A model generated the notes under the pieces. It saw nothing but the letters and a program-made list of their open reading frames with translations. It searched no databases and had not been told where the DNA came from. A program made the position numbers and the translations under genes. A stretch of 60,754 nt of DNA from Enterobacteria phage JenP1. Of the stretch, positions 46,350 to 56,350 are shown piece after piece (the stretch's first letter is position 1; the number at the start of each line of letters is the position of its first letter). The stretch lies in the sequence record NC_029028.1; one strand, 5' to 3'.

Positions 46350-48897
46350 ATAACTTAATAATCTTCTCCATACGTTCGATATCCACTAAATAACACTTCA
46401 TTCTCGGTGGTACAAAATCAGGACCGAATAAACTTGAGAAGTCCATAGGCCTCATTTCAGCAAGAACTTCCATAGACATCAGACCATAAATTGTATTGTC
46501 TATGACCTGCAATATGTTGTCGTTTCTTGTCTGCTTGAACGCTTTAAATTGCCTACAATAAGTACATAAATCACTCCGTGTAACTATAAACGAGTCCTTG
46601 AACATTGGGAATTTATCATACACATAAGCCTTCACTTCCCCGTCCAGGAATCTTTTTATAGTGGCAAGCATTATCTTCTCACGGCTTGTACTGTCTGTAG
46701 ACCCAATTTGCCCACTATTACGCTTCTCTAAGAAACGCTCGTTACCCTGATCAATAAAGGACTCAGCCCAACGATAATGTTCCATAGTAACAACAGGTCG
46801 TTCACTGTTATCCGCCACAGCAAGAAGAGAGGCGATACGCAATACCTTCAACGCCTTCCTTGTGTACATCTGACGAATTACTTCGTCTTGCACCTGCTCA
46901 CCATCATTGCCGCTGTTCAGGAACTTCGCAACAACATTATCAAGATTATCAAACGCTTCGTGTACCTCTGCTTCCATTTCAACATAACACGGAGCAGTCC
47001 CTGACATAATACGCACAGCTTGTTTATAGATAGCTCCAATAGTGCGTAGAATTGCTTCTGGATATTCCAGGAGCATACTTTTATTCATCAACGGTCTGTC
47101 AGCTGTACATTCCCATGCGATAATACGGGACATGAAGCCACTCGACATCATGCGGTCATCAACGTTCCCGTAAAATTCATCCGGTGTCGTTTCACCTGCA
47201 AAACTATACGCCTTGACCTTACCGCCAGCAGTCGTATTATCTTTACTAGAGTGCTTTGAACCACCAGAGAAAGCATAGAAATGCCCCTTGTCATAAAGGG
47301 AAAGCATTTCATCCATAATGTCTTTAGCTTTACCGACTTCCATCTTACCGTTACGGAAAAATGCACCGACTTCAGTCTTATAGTTGATGGATGAGCCACA
47401 AGACATAACGGACGTATCCATTATGACGTCCTTGCGCAATGCAGCGTCAGACGCATAGGTACTTGTATCCAAGACACGTTCGATACCAAATATCTGCTGA
47501 CCGTCTTGACCGCCATAATTGGATACTTGAGAAAGAATAGTTTCAATGTTGGAGCGAAACGCTTCTTTACCAATACCAGAACGTGCAATTAGTACAAAGT
47601 AGTTATTCAAACCACTTCGTGTAACTGTGTTCCACGCCTTACCGCACATACCACTAAATAAAGCAAGAGCAGACAGAATACTAATGTCTTTAATAGGCAA
47701 CAAGCTCGCTTTATACATATTACGCGCAACCTCGCCCATAAAGCCCGGAGGCCAAGCCAAACCGTCTGCCTGCTCTTCAGTGTAATTGCCATCTGTGGTC
47801 AACACTTCTTCTGGTGGGCGTTCTGGTGTAGTTGCTTGACGTAGTTTTTCCGTGCGCTCTATAGCTGCATTAACGTTATTCTGAACTATCTGCATAAGTC
47901 CCATAGATTTAACATGGGCATCATAGCGGTAGTTGCGAATCATTCTATCCAGGTGATACGGACGTTTGATTTTTTCACCAGGCAGACGACGGGAATCATC
48001 GTAACGACTACTCATTGGCGAATACATGAACAGACGTCTTACCTGGAAATTGTACTTACTCTTAAAGCAAAGAAAGTCAATTAATGCAAACTCTGCTTCA
48101 GACTGAGAAGGGAAACAACGTTCACCGATAGAAGTATCAACTTCTTCATCTCTCCAACGACCTTCCCATAGCTGCTTAAACAATGTTCCGTTTTCTTGTT
48201 CACACAACTGAATATAAACATCCTGGTCTTCCATTGCATATGGGTCGTTACTAAAATCTTCTTCAGTAAGTTCCAGCATTTGGAAGCCATCAGACTCATT
48301 AATCTCACTCATCTCAGACATAAGCTGATGAATGAGATTAGCGATATACCCTTCGCTTTCACTGCCTGGAGCACCAGACACAGTACGCGGAGTAATATCC
48401 CAGTGATCACCTGTACAGATAATAAAGCGATACTGTGAATACACTTCCACACCATCGCGGCGCTTACCAGCCTGAGGTATGGAATAAATCCATGTGTGCA
48501 ACCCATCACCGCTTCTGGAAATTTCCGTATAGCTATGGAACGATTCAACAATCTTCTTATATCGCTCACCAGCAACTTTCTTTTCCATTTCAGACATGGT
48601 ATCTTTAATGTCCATGTCGATACAACAGAACGGGTCACTTGAAAGTAGATAGAAACCTAAACGCAAGTTATGGCCAATCTCGTTATAATAACGAACGCAG
48701 CGTTCAGCATCTTCAAAAGACATAAGTAAATGCAGGTTAGACGGTTTCTTATCGTTGCCGTCTTTACGAAGTGGGACCATATCCCCTAAATCATCGTCCC
48801 ATACATAAGGTTGTTTTTCTGATGATGTACCTGGATGGAAACCGCAGACAGCCCACTGTTCGTATTGTTTAATTTCTTGAGGAAAAAGTTCCAGCAT
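46348..48897 (-). CDS. DNA primase-polymerase (AEP/Prim-Pol superfamily) with large C-terminal domain
   Basis: 849 aa; N-terminal motifs CIDMDIKD (DxD) and SRSGDGLHTW (sxH). Confidence 0.55.
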   Translation of the reverse strand: MLELFPQEIKQYEQWAVCGFHPGTSSEKQPYVWDDDLGDMVPLRKDGNDKKPSNLHLLMSFEDAERCVRYYNEIGHNLRLGFYLLSSDPFCCIDMDIKDTMSEMEKKVAGERYKKIVESFHSYTEISRSGDGLHTWIYSIPQAGKRRDGVEVYSQYRFIICTGDHWDITPRTVSGAPGSESEGYIANLIHQLMSEMSEINESDGFQMLELTEEDFSNDPYAMEDQDVYIQLCEQENGTLFKQLWEGRWRDEEVDTSIGERCFPSQSEAEFALIDFLCFKSKYNFQVRRLFMYSPMSSRYDDSRRLPGEKIKRPYHLDRMIRNYRYDAHVKSMGLMQIVQNNVNAAIERTEKLRQATTPERPPEEVLTTDGNYTEEQADGLAWPPGFMGEVARNMYKASLLPIKDISILSALALFSGMCGKAWNTVTRSGLNNYFVLIARSGIGKEAFRSNIETILSQVSNYGGQDGQQIFGIERVLDTSTYASDAALRKDVIMDTSVMSCGSSINYKTEVGAFFRNGKMEVGKAKDIMDEMLSLYDKGHFYAFSGGSKHSSKDNTTAGGKVKAYSFAGETTPDEFYGNVDDRMMSSGFMSRIIAWECTADRPLMNKSMLLEYPEAILRTIGAIYKQAVRIMSGTAPCYVEMEAEVHEAFDNLDNVVAKFLNSGNDGEQVQDEVIRQMYTRKALKVLRIASLLAVADNSERPVVTMEHYRWAESFIDQGNERFLEKRNSGQIGSTDSTSREKIMLATIKRFLDGEVKAYVYDKFPMFKDSFIVTRSDLCTYCRQFKAFKQTRNDNILQVIDNTIYGLMSMEVLAEMRPMDFSSLFGPDFVPPRMKCYLVDIERMEKIIKL

Positions 48898-48906
48898 GTT
48901 ATTACC

Positions 48907-49143
48907 TTAAAACGTAGCGGGATTAATTTCAAATAACGAACGTGATGGTACAACATCAAAGTTGACATCTACCAGCTTAAAAGAATTCGTGTAAACACAC
49001 CATGTACCAACTTTTTCATTAAAGACGGGCTTGTCATTATTAAATGCGTACACGCAACCATCAGAATCTGTTGCAATATATCTTGTGTCTTTTGGTACTT
49101 CTACATCTGAACCATAATAGTGAACGGTAATTAAATCTGACAT
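48907..49143 (-). CDS. hypothetical protein
   Basis: 78 aa ORF. Confidence 0.35.
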   Translation of the reverse strand: MSDLITVHYYGSDVEVPKDTRYIATDSDGCVYAFNNDKPVFNEKVGTWCVYTNSFKLVDVNFDVVPSRSLFEINPATF

Positions 49144-49216
49144 GTTATTCTCCTACGATCCATTAGGACACACATAGTATATACTGATGGATCGCAGGGG
49201 GCTAACCCCCTGCAAA

Positions 49217-49630
49217 TTATGGTACTAAGACCCAACGACAGGTGATAGGTTTACACATTATCTCTTCTTTAGAGATGTTTATACGATCCTTAAAAATAAT
49301 TCTTGGATAAAAATATTTCATATAGTTATCAGAAGCTACCTTATATTCTGTCTTTAATATACGAGCACTAACAACAAATTTTAAATCTTCCCAATCTTTC
49401 ATAGAGTCAGCAAAAGACAAGATACGCCCATTTCCACGGACTTTTGCTGAAGACTGAGAAGGCAACTTGTGGTTAATGTCACATGGTAGATCTAAGGATT
49501 TATCTTTAAAGAATTTACTTCCACCATTAAAAAATTTACTCACATCAAAAGAGCCAATTTCCAAAGTATGGATATTTTGACCTTTAATTGGTTCTTCAAA
49601 CTTAACATCGACAACGAGTTTGACTAACAT
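49217..49630 (-). CDS. hypothetical protein
   Basis: 137 aa ORF. Confidence 0.4.
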   Translation of the reverse strand: MLVKLVVDVKFEEPIKGQNIHTLEIGSFDVSKFFNGGSKFFKDKSLDLPCDINHKLPSQSSAKVRGNGRILSFADSMKDWEDLKFVVSARILKTEYKVASDNYMKYFYPRIIFKDRINISKEEIMCKPITCRWVLVP

Positions 49631-49644
49631 AACTTACCCTATAA

Positions 49645-49914
49645 TCACCATAAAATTTCTACACTTTCAGTATCCATCTGACTCAATGGTTGCTTGTATG
49701 AGATTGTATATCCAAATGATACCAGTTGTTCAGTCACCTTTCTCATTGCAGGACGTGCATTAGGACTACCAATTTCACTATATGGCTTTTCAAATAATTT
49801 AATATGATCCCTGCCATCTAGAGACGCTTTAGTAATCCATTTATCCAAATCATCAAGATATGCACTTGTATCCAAGTTTTCACTATTTGTACGAGCTTCT
49901 TGTGCTGTGATCAT
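49645..49914 (-). CDS. hypothetical protein
   Basis: 89 aa ORF. Confidence 0.35.
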   Translation of the reverse strand: MITAQEARTNSENLDTSAYLDDLDKWITKASLDGRDHIKLFEKPYSEIGSPNARPAMRKVTEQLVSFGYTISYKQPLSQMDTESVEILW

Positions 49915-49916
49915 AA

Positions 49917-50132
49917 TTATTGCTCCATAGCTTGTTTGATCAATGCGTCATAAATACATTTCGCACTAGACGCGTTCCACAGTTGTTCGTCTGTCTGAAC
50001 TTCCTGGCTCCATTGCTTGTCAAATAAACCTTCTTCATACGCGTCTTTAATACGCTCGCACAAAGTAAAGATGTCGGTCTGAAGAATATCAATTTCTTCT
50101 TGGGTTAACGCAACCTGGAGTTCTTTATTCAT
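49917..50132 (-). CDS. hypothetical protein
   Basis: ATG 50132 preceded by AAGGTGA RBS (ORF track 50162). Confidence 0.4.
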   Translation of the reverse strand: MNKELQVALTQEEIDILQTDIFTLCERIKDAYEEGLFDKQWSQEVQTDEQLWNASSAKCIYDALIKQAMEQ

Positions 50133-50568
50133 CTGTATCACCTTCTTTATTCTGTTGACCACATGCTGGTGTCCATTGTCCGTTCAATGTGCGCTTAAGA
50201 TCGTCCTTGCGCATACGTTCGAACCATTCAGTGTGGTCATGTGGATTGTCGTTCACTGGTAAAATGTTACCTGCGAAATATGTACGCATAGTGTGCAACA
50301 ATTCGTCGTCCACTTCGGACTCAATACTAACACACGTTTCTTTGAAATCCATACCTTCCAGGTCCACGTTATAACAGATATCGATTTCAATACCAGGCTC
50401 AGTTAATACCCAAAAACCATCGCCATTAATACATTCACACCAACGAGGCTCATTCTCAAACGCGGTTAAAGTACCGTCCTCGTCGACCGCAAGGTATTTC
50501 GCCCACACTGGAACAAACAATACTTCACCGAAGTATCGCACAGCCTTCTGAGTAAGATTAATTTGCAT
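50125..50568 (-). CDS. hypothetical acidic protein
   Basis: ATG 50568 preceded by GGGAGGTGA RBS. Confidence 0.4.
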   Translation of the reverse strand: MQINLTQKAVRYFGEVLFVPVWAKYLAVDEDGTLTAFENEPRWCECINGDGFWVLTEPGIEIDICYNVDLEGMDFKETCVSIESEVDDELLHTMRTYFAGNILPVNDNPHDHTEWFERMRKDDLKRTLNGQWTPACGQQNKEGDTDE

Positions 50569-50911
50569 GTTCACCTCCCGTTACCAGTTCCAAAGTCTCA
50601 CGAAGTAGACGTTCGACCTTCGATTTATTTTTGATAAGCTGATATTGCCGATCCACCACAAGCGCCTTCTCGCGGTTACGCATAAGGTATTCGAACGCAC
50701 TTTGAAAATCTTCGACATTACCCGTGTAACCTAAAGCCTTGGCGACGTGCGACACACGATGGAACAGAAAGTCCGCAAAGTCCATAATTTCCATCGCATT
50801 GACAATAGCGTCAAGTAAATCCGGATTTGTATTCGGGTCAACCTTTTTAGCTTGTTCAAGAAGTTGCACCTTTGCTTTATATAAAGGTGAATTGCTTACT
50901 GTTTGCATCAC
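50558..50911 (-). CDS. hypothetical protein
   Basis: 117 aa ORF. Confidence 0.4.
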   Translation of the reverse strand: MMQTVSNSPLYKAKVQLLEQAKKVDPNTNPDLLDAIVNAMEIMDFADFLFHRVSHVAKALGYTGNVEDFQSAFEYLMRNREKALVVDRQYQLIKNKSKVERLLRETLELVTGGEHAN

Positions 50912-51177
50912 TTCCTCCAGATATCACGCGATTCTTCAATACGGATGTTGTACCGTATAAGTTGTTGCATAACTTTATGCAGGTCATCCAGATGCTTCCT
51001 TAAACGAAGACGTTTCTTGATAGCCCACAGTTTCTTCATATCCGTCCGGTGAAGCTCCTCCCTTAAATACAATGAAAAGTCAGTCTGCTGATCTAAGATA
51101 AATTGGATACGCATCAAAGTATCTGACTTACGATAATCAGGATACCACTTAGGAAGCAGATCTTGTTCGCCAATCAT
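50908..51177 (-). CDS. hypothetical protein
   Basis: ATG 51177 with GGAGCG RBS, just after upstream stop (ORF track 51291 overlaps upstream gene). Confidence 0.4.
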   Translation of the reverse strand: MIGEQDLLPKWYPDYRKSDTLMRIQFILDQQTDFSLYLREELHRTDMKKLWAIKKRLRLRKHLDDLHKVMQQLIRYNIRIEESRDIWRK

Positions 51178-51178
51178 C

Positions 51179-51799
51179 TTACGCTCCAAACTGATCAATG
51201 TATTCAATGAGCTCTTGCAATTCTTGCTGTAACTGCACATTACCACTATTATTCGTCTGAAGTCTAACGAGGCGTTCTTTGATATGTGCAATGTGGTTAC
51301 TGCTCATCCGACGCTTCTGTACATCACACCAACGAACAACACCATCTTCAATATACGCACGACGCGCTTTACCACGCGGGTATCGCAACGGCCGAACTTC
51401 ACACTTATCGTCCACCCACTTAAAGCCCAGGATCATAACAGCGTTACCTTCCGTATCAGGACACACGTCAAAGCAACTGTTGAACCCTTTACTGCGCATA
51501 TATTCGTTCAGCGGAATCACACAATCCACCTCTAACAACCAGTATCCGAAGTAAATGTCAACAGTGAACATCATCCCTAACATCGGAGCCGACCAGCACA
51601 TATACATCCGCCCGTCATCCAACTTCTTGACCGCATTCGGCCGCAACACGAGGCCAGCCGCCTTCCACGCTTTGACCACATTACTTAGGCTGTCTTTGTG
51701 CTGTTCTAATATGGCTACCGCTTTGGCGTACATTTGTTCGTCATAACCGAACATTTCCTGTACGTGTGCGTGCGTTATTTCAATATTACGATTCCGCAT
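51179..51799 (-). CDS. hypothetical protein, first gene after leftward control region
   Basis: 206 aa ORF, no motif recognised. Confidence 0.45.
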   Translation of the reverse strand: MRNRNIEITHAHVQEMFGYDEQMYAKAVAILEQHKDSLSNVVKAWKAAGLVLRPNAVKKLDDGRMYMCWSAPMLGMMFTVDIYFGYWLLEVDCVIPLNEYMRSKGFNSCFDVCPDTEGNAVMILGFKWVDDKCEVRPLRYPRGKARRAYIEDGVVRWCDVQKRRMSSNHIAHIKERLVRLQTNNSGNVQLQQELQELIEYIDQFGA

Positions 51800-51859
51800 A
51801 ACCTCACCCTTGATAATAATAAATCGACTGATTTTGAAATTCAGTTGCCAAGTTTTAAT

Positions 51860-52010
51860 TTATGCAAAGTTTTTGCTATTTGCAACCGTGATATTTTGCG
51901 GTGTTTGTATGTGCAATGTTTTTGCTTTTGCAAAAATTACAGCAGTCTGAAGGTGAGAAATTGCAAATTTATAAAGATCGGTGAAAAAATGCACAATTTA
52001 TAAAGATCCA
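51860..52010. repeat. AT-rich region with direct repeats (AATTTATAAAGATC x2, TTGCAA-type motifs)
   Basis: two exact 14-mers at 51966-51979 and 51995-52008; multiple TTTGC/GCAAA elements. Confidence 0.6.
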
Positions 52011-52681
52011 GCAACATACGAACCAGTGAAGCGAAGTGTATGAAAAATAAGGGAAAATTTCGAGGGTTGGGAGGTTTGTATGAATTTATATTATTTATAA
52101 AGGGGTCCCGTAGGGGTCGTCAGTAGACAACTCAAAAATAAAAAAATCTTTATAAAATTTATATAAATACACACACATACACATTTTTACCTTATTTTTC
52201 ATGCACTTACCTCCTTTCATTTCGTTTATTAAGCGACTATATATGAGCAATATGACATATATTTGTTGCGCAACGACTGTGTGTTTTCTAACCAATCGAA
52301 AGATTACTTTATATACGTCCGCGCGTCTAACACAAAAGAAAAGTGGATTGCAAGTGATTTTTGCTGAGGTAACTCTCGAAGTGAAAGCGATTTGCGAGTT
52401 TGAAATTTTGTAGCCCGAAAACGATTCTATTTTATGGTATAAATGTCGGATTTTTCGGGCAAAGCCGGCTTTTCGGTGAGGTTGGGTGGCTGGGATCTGG
52501 GTAACGGGTAGCCCATAAATCGAAAATAGCCGCGAAAACGGGGCACGCAGCGCGATTAAATGGTTGGATCAGTGTAAGGGTGGCGGTGAGGGGCGAAAAT
52601 GCCGCAAATTGCCGCTTTTTAACGCTTAAATCTGGTGACATAATGTACTATTATTGATATGAAAATAGTTCGCGACAGAAT

Positions 52682-52711
52682 TTGCTATCAAGAATCGCGG
52701 GTTGGTATAAT
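52682..52711 (+). promoter_or_regulatory. sigma70-like promoter with extended -10 (TTGCTA-18-TGgTATAAT)
   Basis: consensus TATAAT at 52706-52711 with TG two bases upstream; followed by GGAGG RBS and ATG 52741. Confidence 0.45.
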
Positions 52712-52740
52712 GCACTTGTCAATAATAACGGGAGGTAACA

Positions 52741-53213
52741 TGGACTGGAGTAATTATTTTGAATATAAGGATGGTAAATTATTCTCTAAGGTAACTAGAG
52801 GGAAAGTAAAGGAAGGTGACGAAGTTGGCACGCTGGACGCGAACGGTTACAAGGTGTTTTCGTTCAAGGGCAGACGGTATTATGTGCATCGCGTTATATA
52901 TGAGATGCACTACGGTCCAATTCCGACCGGTATGGTGGTAGACCATATTTGGCGCAACCGTGCGGACAACCGAATTGAGAATATACGTGTGGTCACCAAG
53001 AGTGATAATGCAAAGAACGCAAAATTGTATAGTAATAATTCAAGCGGCGTGACAGGTGTAAGATGGGATAGTCAACTTGGCAAATATTACGCCTATATTA
53101 AAGCAGACGGTAAATTAAAAAGTTTGGGACTATTTGAAAGCAAAGAGGAAGCAATAAAAGCCCGTAAAGATGCAGAGGTCAAATATTGCTTCCATGAGAA
53201 TCACGGTAAATAG
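52741..53213 (+). CDS. HNH homing endonuclease with AP2-like DNA-binding domain
   Basis: YVHRVIYEMHYGPIP...VVDHI.RNRADNRIENIRVVT..N (HNH) then GVTGVRWD...GKYYAYI (AP2-like); ORF track starts at 52659. Confidence 0.65.
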
Positions 53214-53462
53214 TTATTTATTATCTAATAGTACAGCCCAGGTATTATCTGGAAGCGTACCAATTCCAAGCGGTTTAACTTGCTTGTCTTTTTGCTGCAT
53301 ATTGTAGTCGTCAATTAACTGCTGCGCGGCGAACATGGCGTTCGCTTTAGCGTCCAGAGCGTAGTCTATATCTTCCACCTTGCACATATTCAGACCGACA
53401 GCTTTGAAGCGAGTACCACGGGACATAGTTGGAGCCAGGGTCTTGACATGAATAGCTTGCAT
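53214..53462 (-). CDS. hypothetical protein
   Basis: 82 aa ORF. Confidence 0.35.
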   Translation of the reverse strand: MQAIHVKTLAPTMSRGTRFKAVGLNMCKVEDIDYALDAKANAMFAAQQLIDDYNMQQKDKQVKPLGIGTLPDNTWAVLLDNK

Positions 53463-53530
53463 AATAATTTCCTCAGTTAACTATGCGAAGTGCATATTAT
53501 TGCCCACTGTTACTATGGGCAATGTATATG

Positions 53531-53695
53531 TCACTCAGCGGACATATATTCTAACGCTTCTGATAGTGTAGCGAAGTGACCATCACTTACCAGATTAATA
53601 GCGTACTCAAGTTGATCGCGGGTTAGGTTGCGAAACTTGTTGCGGATGTGATAGCAACGACCGCGATAAATAAACTGGAAATAGTTGCGTTCCAT
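53531..53695 (-). CDS. hypothetical small protein
   Basis: ATG 53695 with AAGGTGA RBS (ORF track 53773 overlaps upstream gene). Confidence 0.35.
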   Translation of the reverse strand: MERNYFQFIYRGRCYHIRNKFRNLTRDQLEYAINLVSDGHFATLSEALEYMSAE

Positions 53696-53705
53696 AATTA
53701 TCACC

Positions 53706-53951
53706 TTATTGAATAATAAACGCGTAACCGCTCTGGTCCGGTAGCTCTCCACCAGCGAGGATCTCAAACTCAACGCCCGCTTTGGCGTTTAACTTTTTGA
53801 TAAGCTCTTCCGCTGCTGCGCGGTGGTTGCCTATGATGTCTAATCTATAATCCCAGCCAACGGTAACTTTACTGTTCCAACTTTTAGCGACAACGCGCGG
53901 TCCGAGAGTGTTAGTAGCAGCCAGGAATTTGGTGATGATAGCTTGAGCCAT
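53706..53951 (-). CDS. hypothetical protein
   Basis: 81 aa ORF. Confidence 0.4.
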   Translation of the reverse strand: MAQAIITKFLAATNTLGPRVVAKSWNSKVTVGWDYRLDIIGNHRAAAEELIKKLNAKAGVEFEILAGGELPDQSGYAFIIQ

Positions 53952-53956
53952 GATAA

Positions 53957-54142
53957 TTACTCCGGTAAAATTACAGTGACGTTAATATTTGCAATGCGAG
54001 CGCACTCGCGGAAACCTTTTACATACGCATCCATTTCGTCATAGGATGCGAAAGTTGCGTGCGGGACTGGACCACTGTTAATATTCACGCAATATTCGTA
54101 TTCTTCCAGGTCAACCCAGCAGTGTAGAACTATAGTTTCCAT
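53957..54142 (-). CDS. hypothetical small protein
   Basis: ATG 54142 with GGAGGG RBS (ORF track 54175). Confidence 0.4.
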   Translation of the reverse strand: METIVLHCWVDLEEYEYCVNINSGPVPHATFASYDEMDAYVKGFRECARIANINVTVILPE

Positions 54143-54220
54143 ATTATTTGCCCTCCGTATAGTACAGACCTGCAACTATTGGAGCGCCGAACACTAAGAA
54201 GGCCAATAAGTAGAACATAA

Positions 54221-54715
54221 TTAGTTGCCCCCTTTATTGTTGAGCGCGTGGAATTTACGCCATGCGTAGAATTCAATCGTTGCATTATTAATATTCCAAC
54301 CATTAGCTTTCGCAAGGTCACGGACGTTACCAATAGTTGGCACACCATTAGGCAACATATTATCCAGAGCGTTCCAAACGTCTGCGCATTTACCTTTAAT
54401 CGGCCGACGAACCCCGTTGCGCGTTTCGCTGCGTGCTTTACTTTTAGCGGGAGCGACCGGAGCTTGTTGTGTGGTCACTTCCACGACAGTCGCTTTATCA
54501 GCTTCAACCAGATCGTTAGCTGCCTTATTAACCGCGCTTTCGCTGAACCAGTAGCGGCCACCGTCTTCATGCGGCTCCTGGTGAATAAAGCTGTTAGCTG
54601 TCGCAGTGTCCACATCCAGAACCTTTTTCAAGGCACGGCGAGCGTTAGACATATTGGTGAAGAAGCGAGCATCTTTTGCTACGCGAGTGATAGTAGCCAT
54701 TGTGATTATCTCCAT
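54221..54715 (-). CDS. hypothetical protein
   Basis: 164 aa ORF. Confidence 0.4.
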   Translation of the reverse strand: MEIITMATITRVAKDARFFTNMSNARRALKKVLDVDTATANSFIHQEPHEDGGRYWFSESAVNKAANDLVEADKATVVEVTTQQAPVAPAKSKARSETRNGVRRPIKGKCADVWNALDNMLPNGVPTIGNVRDLAKANGWNINNATIEFYAWRKFHALNNKGGN

Positions 54716-54776
54716 GTTGTTCTAGCGGATTGCTAGTGGGAGCCCACTGTGACAATGGGCAACCATTAGCACGCTA

Positions 54777-55082
54777 TTATTGCTGGATAGCTTTAGCTAT
54801 CATTGTGATGAAGCAGAACACAGACCAAAGGCTATTCGCTTGGCATACTGGTCTACCGTACATTACGCTATAAGAGCTGACAGTGCCGTCCTCGTTAATG
54901 CGAATATATAACGCGGTGCTGGAATATTTTTCGTTGCCCGGGAGCATTACCAGATACTCGTCAAAACCCCAATCCCCTTCAACCTTTTCCGCAGTAAGGC
55001 CCAGTTGGTGCAGGCGCTTGCCGATAATACGTTTGGTGATCTGAGACTGGGACATGGAACGCGGTAAATAGATAATAGACAT
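54777..55082 (-). CDS. hypothetical protein
   Basis: ATG 55082 with AAGGGAG RBS (ORF track 55151). Confidence 0.4.
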   Translation of the reverse strand: MSIIYLPRSMSQSQITKRIIGKRLHQLGLTAEKVEGDWGFDEYLVMLPGNEKYSSTALYIRINEDGTVSSYSVMYGRPVCQANSLWSVFCFITMIAKAIQQ

Positions 55083-55175
55083 AATGCAATCTCCCTTCGG
55101 GTGAAGCGGGCGCGGAACCCGTGTCCCGCTTGAAAACCCCCTTAACCCCACGCGTTTATAATACGAATTTTAGAT

Positions 55176-55205
55176 GTTGGATGCAAGTAGCATCCAACAA
55201 TTTTT
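55176..55205 (+). terminator. terminator-like hairpin (plus-strand orientation)
   Basis: stem GTTGGATG / CATCCAAC followed by TTTTTATTATTTTTT. Confidence 0.35.
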
Positions 55206-55213
55206 ATTATTTT

Positions 55214-55522
55214 TTAGCCCGGTAGCTTACCAATATCCCCGTTGATAGCTAGATAGCTGGGAGCTATTTGGTTGCTAAAAATAACGCTGGTATATTGTGC
55301 ATCCGGTAAAATAAACACCTCTAAATAATCACACTGTAAAACTATTTCCTCCTCATCCATTTGTGTTGTTGTAAAGCCCACTGCGTTGGGCGCGTTAACT
55401 AGCGCGGTGGTGTGCTGCGCGGGCACCTGGTAACTAATATGCAGGCCGCTACCATAACCGTCCACGGCGTGCTGTGTGCTGTATTTGCGGATGGTGGTGT
55501 GCATAACGTGTAAAGTAACCAT
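55214..55522 (-). CDS. hypothetical protein, first gene of leftward early array
   Basis: 102 aa; RBS AAAGGGGG 7 nt upstream of ATG. Confidence 0.45.
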   Translation of the reverse strand: MVTLHVMHTTIRKYSTQHAVDGYGSGLHISYQVPAQHTTALVNAPNAVGFTTTQMDEEEIVLQCDYLEVFILPDAQYTSVIFSNQIAPSYLAINGDIGKLPG

Positions 55523-55798
55523 ATAAAACCCCCTTTTGGTATGTATACTTGCCCAACTAGTATGGTAGTTTAAAAAACGCTACCCCCTGGGCCCAATGGA
55601 GTAGCGTTACGCAACGCTTGCACGCTGCGTAAGTGCTGCGCGTGGGGGTGTACCCCCACACAGCACGGGTATTATAACGCATCCAGTGGATGTAAAAAAC
55701 TAGTATTCAAAAATAGTCTTGTAAATTTTTAAGTCCTACTATTAAAAGCAATCCGCATAGTAACCGACGCAACTATGCAAACGTATATAGCAACGATG

Positions 55799-55987
55799 TG
55801 TATAATAACAGACATTACTATATAGTCCGTTATGGTAGGCTGTGCCACTATCCATAGGTTATACTATGTGCATGTATATAGTAACGGATGTAATAATACT
55901 GGACATTACAGTATGGTGATGCAATAGATAGCACACTAATCTAATAAAAAATAATAACGCGTGTAATAATAAACAACGTTACAATAG
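55799..55987. repeat. three imperfect ~27-bp direct repeats (TGTAATAATA-n-GACATTAC-n-TAT) in divergent control region
   Basis: copies at about 55799-55825, 55889-55916, 55963-55987. Confidence 0.55.
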
Positions 55988-56350
55988 AACACACAACAGT
56001 CACATGACGTAACAATCACCTCACTGACGATCACGGGACGTTATAGTAACGCCGCGGGGCGGCTCTTAGATCTCTGCCAAGGATTCTTCGTTTGTAGATT
56101 ATCTCGTCACTAGACACTTTATATCCTCACCTCACATGTCCTATATTGTTCGTATAAAGTTAGTTCCGTATGTAAATACTCGAGAGACGATTTAAAACAT
56201 TCGGTTTGCCGGTATGCGTAACGGATTCTGCGGCACCATGAATTAAAGCACACGAGACGACTAACTGTGGTTATTAATTGTTGCGGTCACGTATGTTAAT
56301 CAACTTGCGTATCCTGTTATAGTTATTCCGTTAACGTTAAAGGGGGTTAT

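Noticed and set aside
55103-55134. GC-rich hairpin AAGCGGG...CCCGCTT as a terminator
   Set aside because: Not followed by a T-run on either strand; more likely a structural element in the 5' region of the upstream mRNA
55799-55987. Possible CRISPR array from the direct repeats
   Set aside because: Only three imperfect copies with irregular spacing (90 and 74 bp), AT-rich and degenerate; better explained as protein-binding sites
55523-56350. tRNA or other structured RNA gene in the long intergenic regions (also 51800-52740)
   Set aside because: No cloverleaf-compatible arrangement with T-loop GTTC/GGTTCGA-like box and acceptor stem found by eye; cannot be excluded without a covariance-model scan
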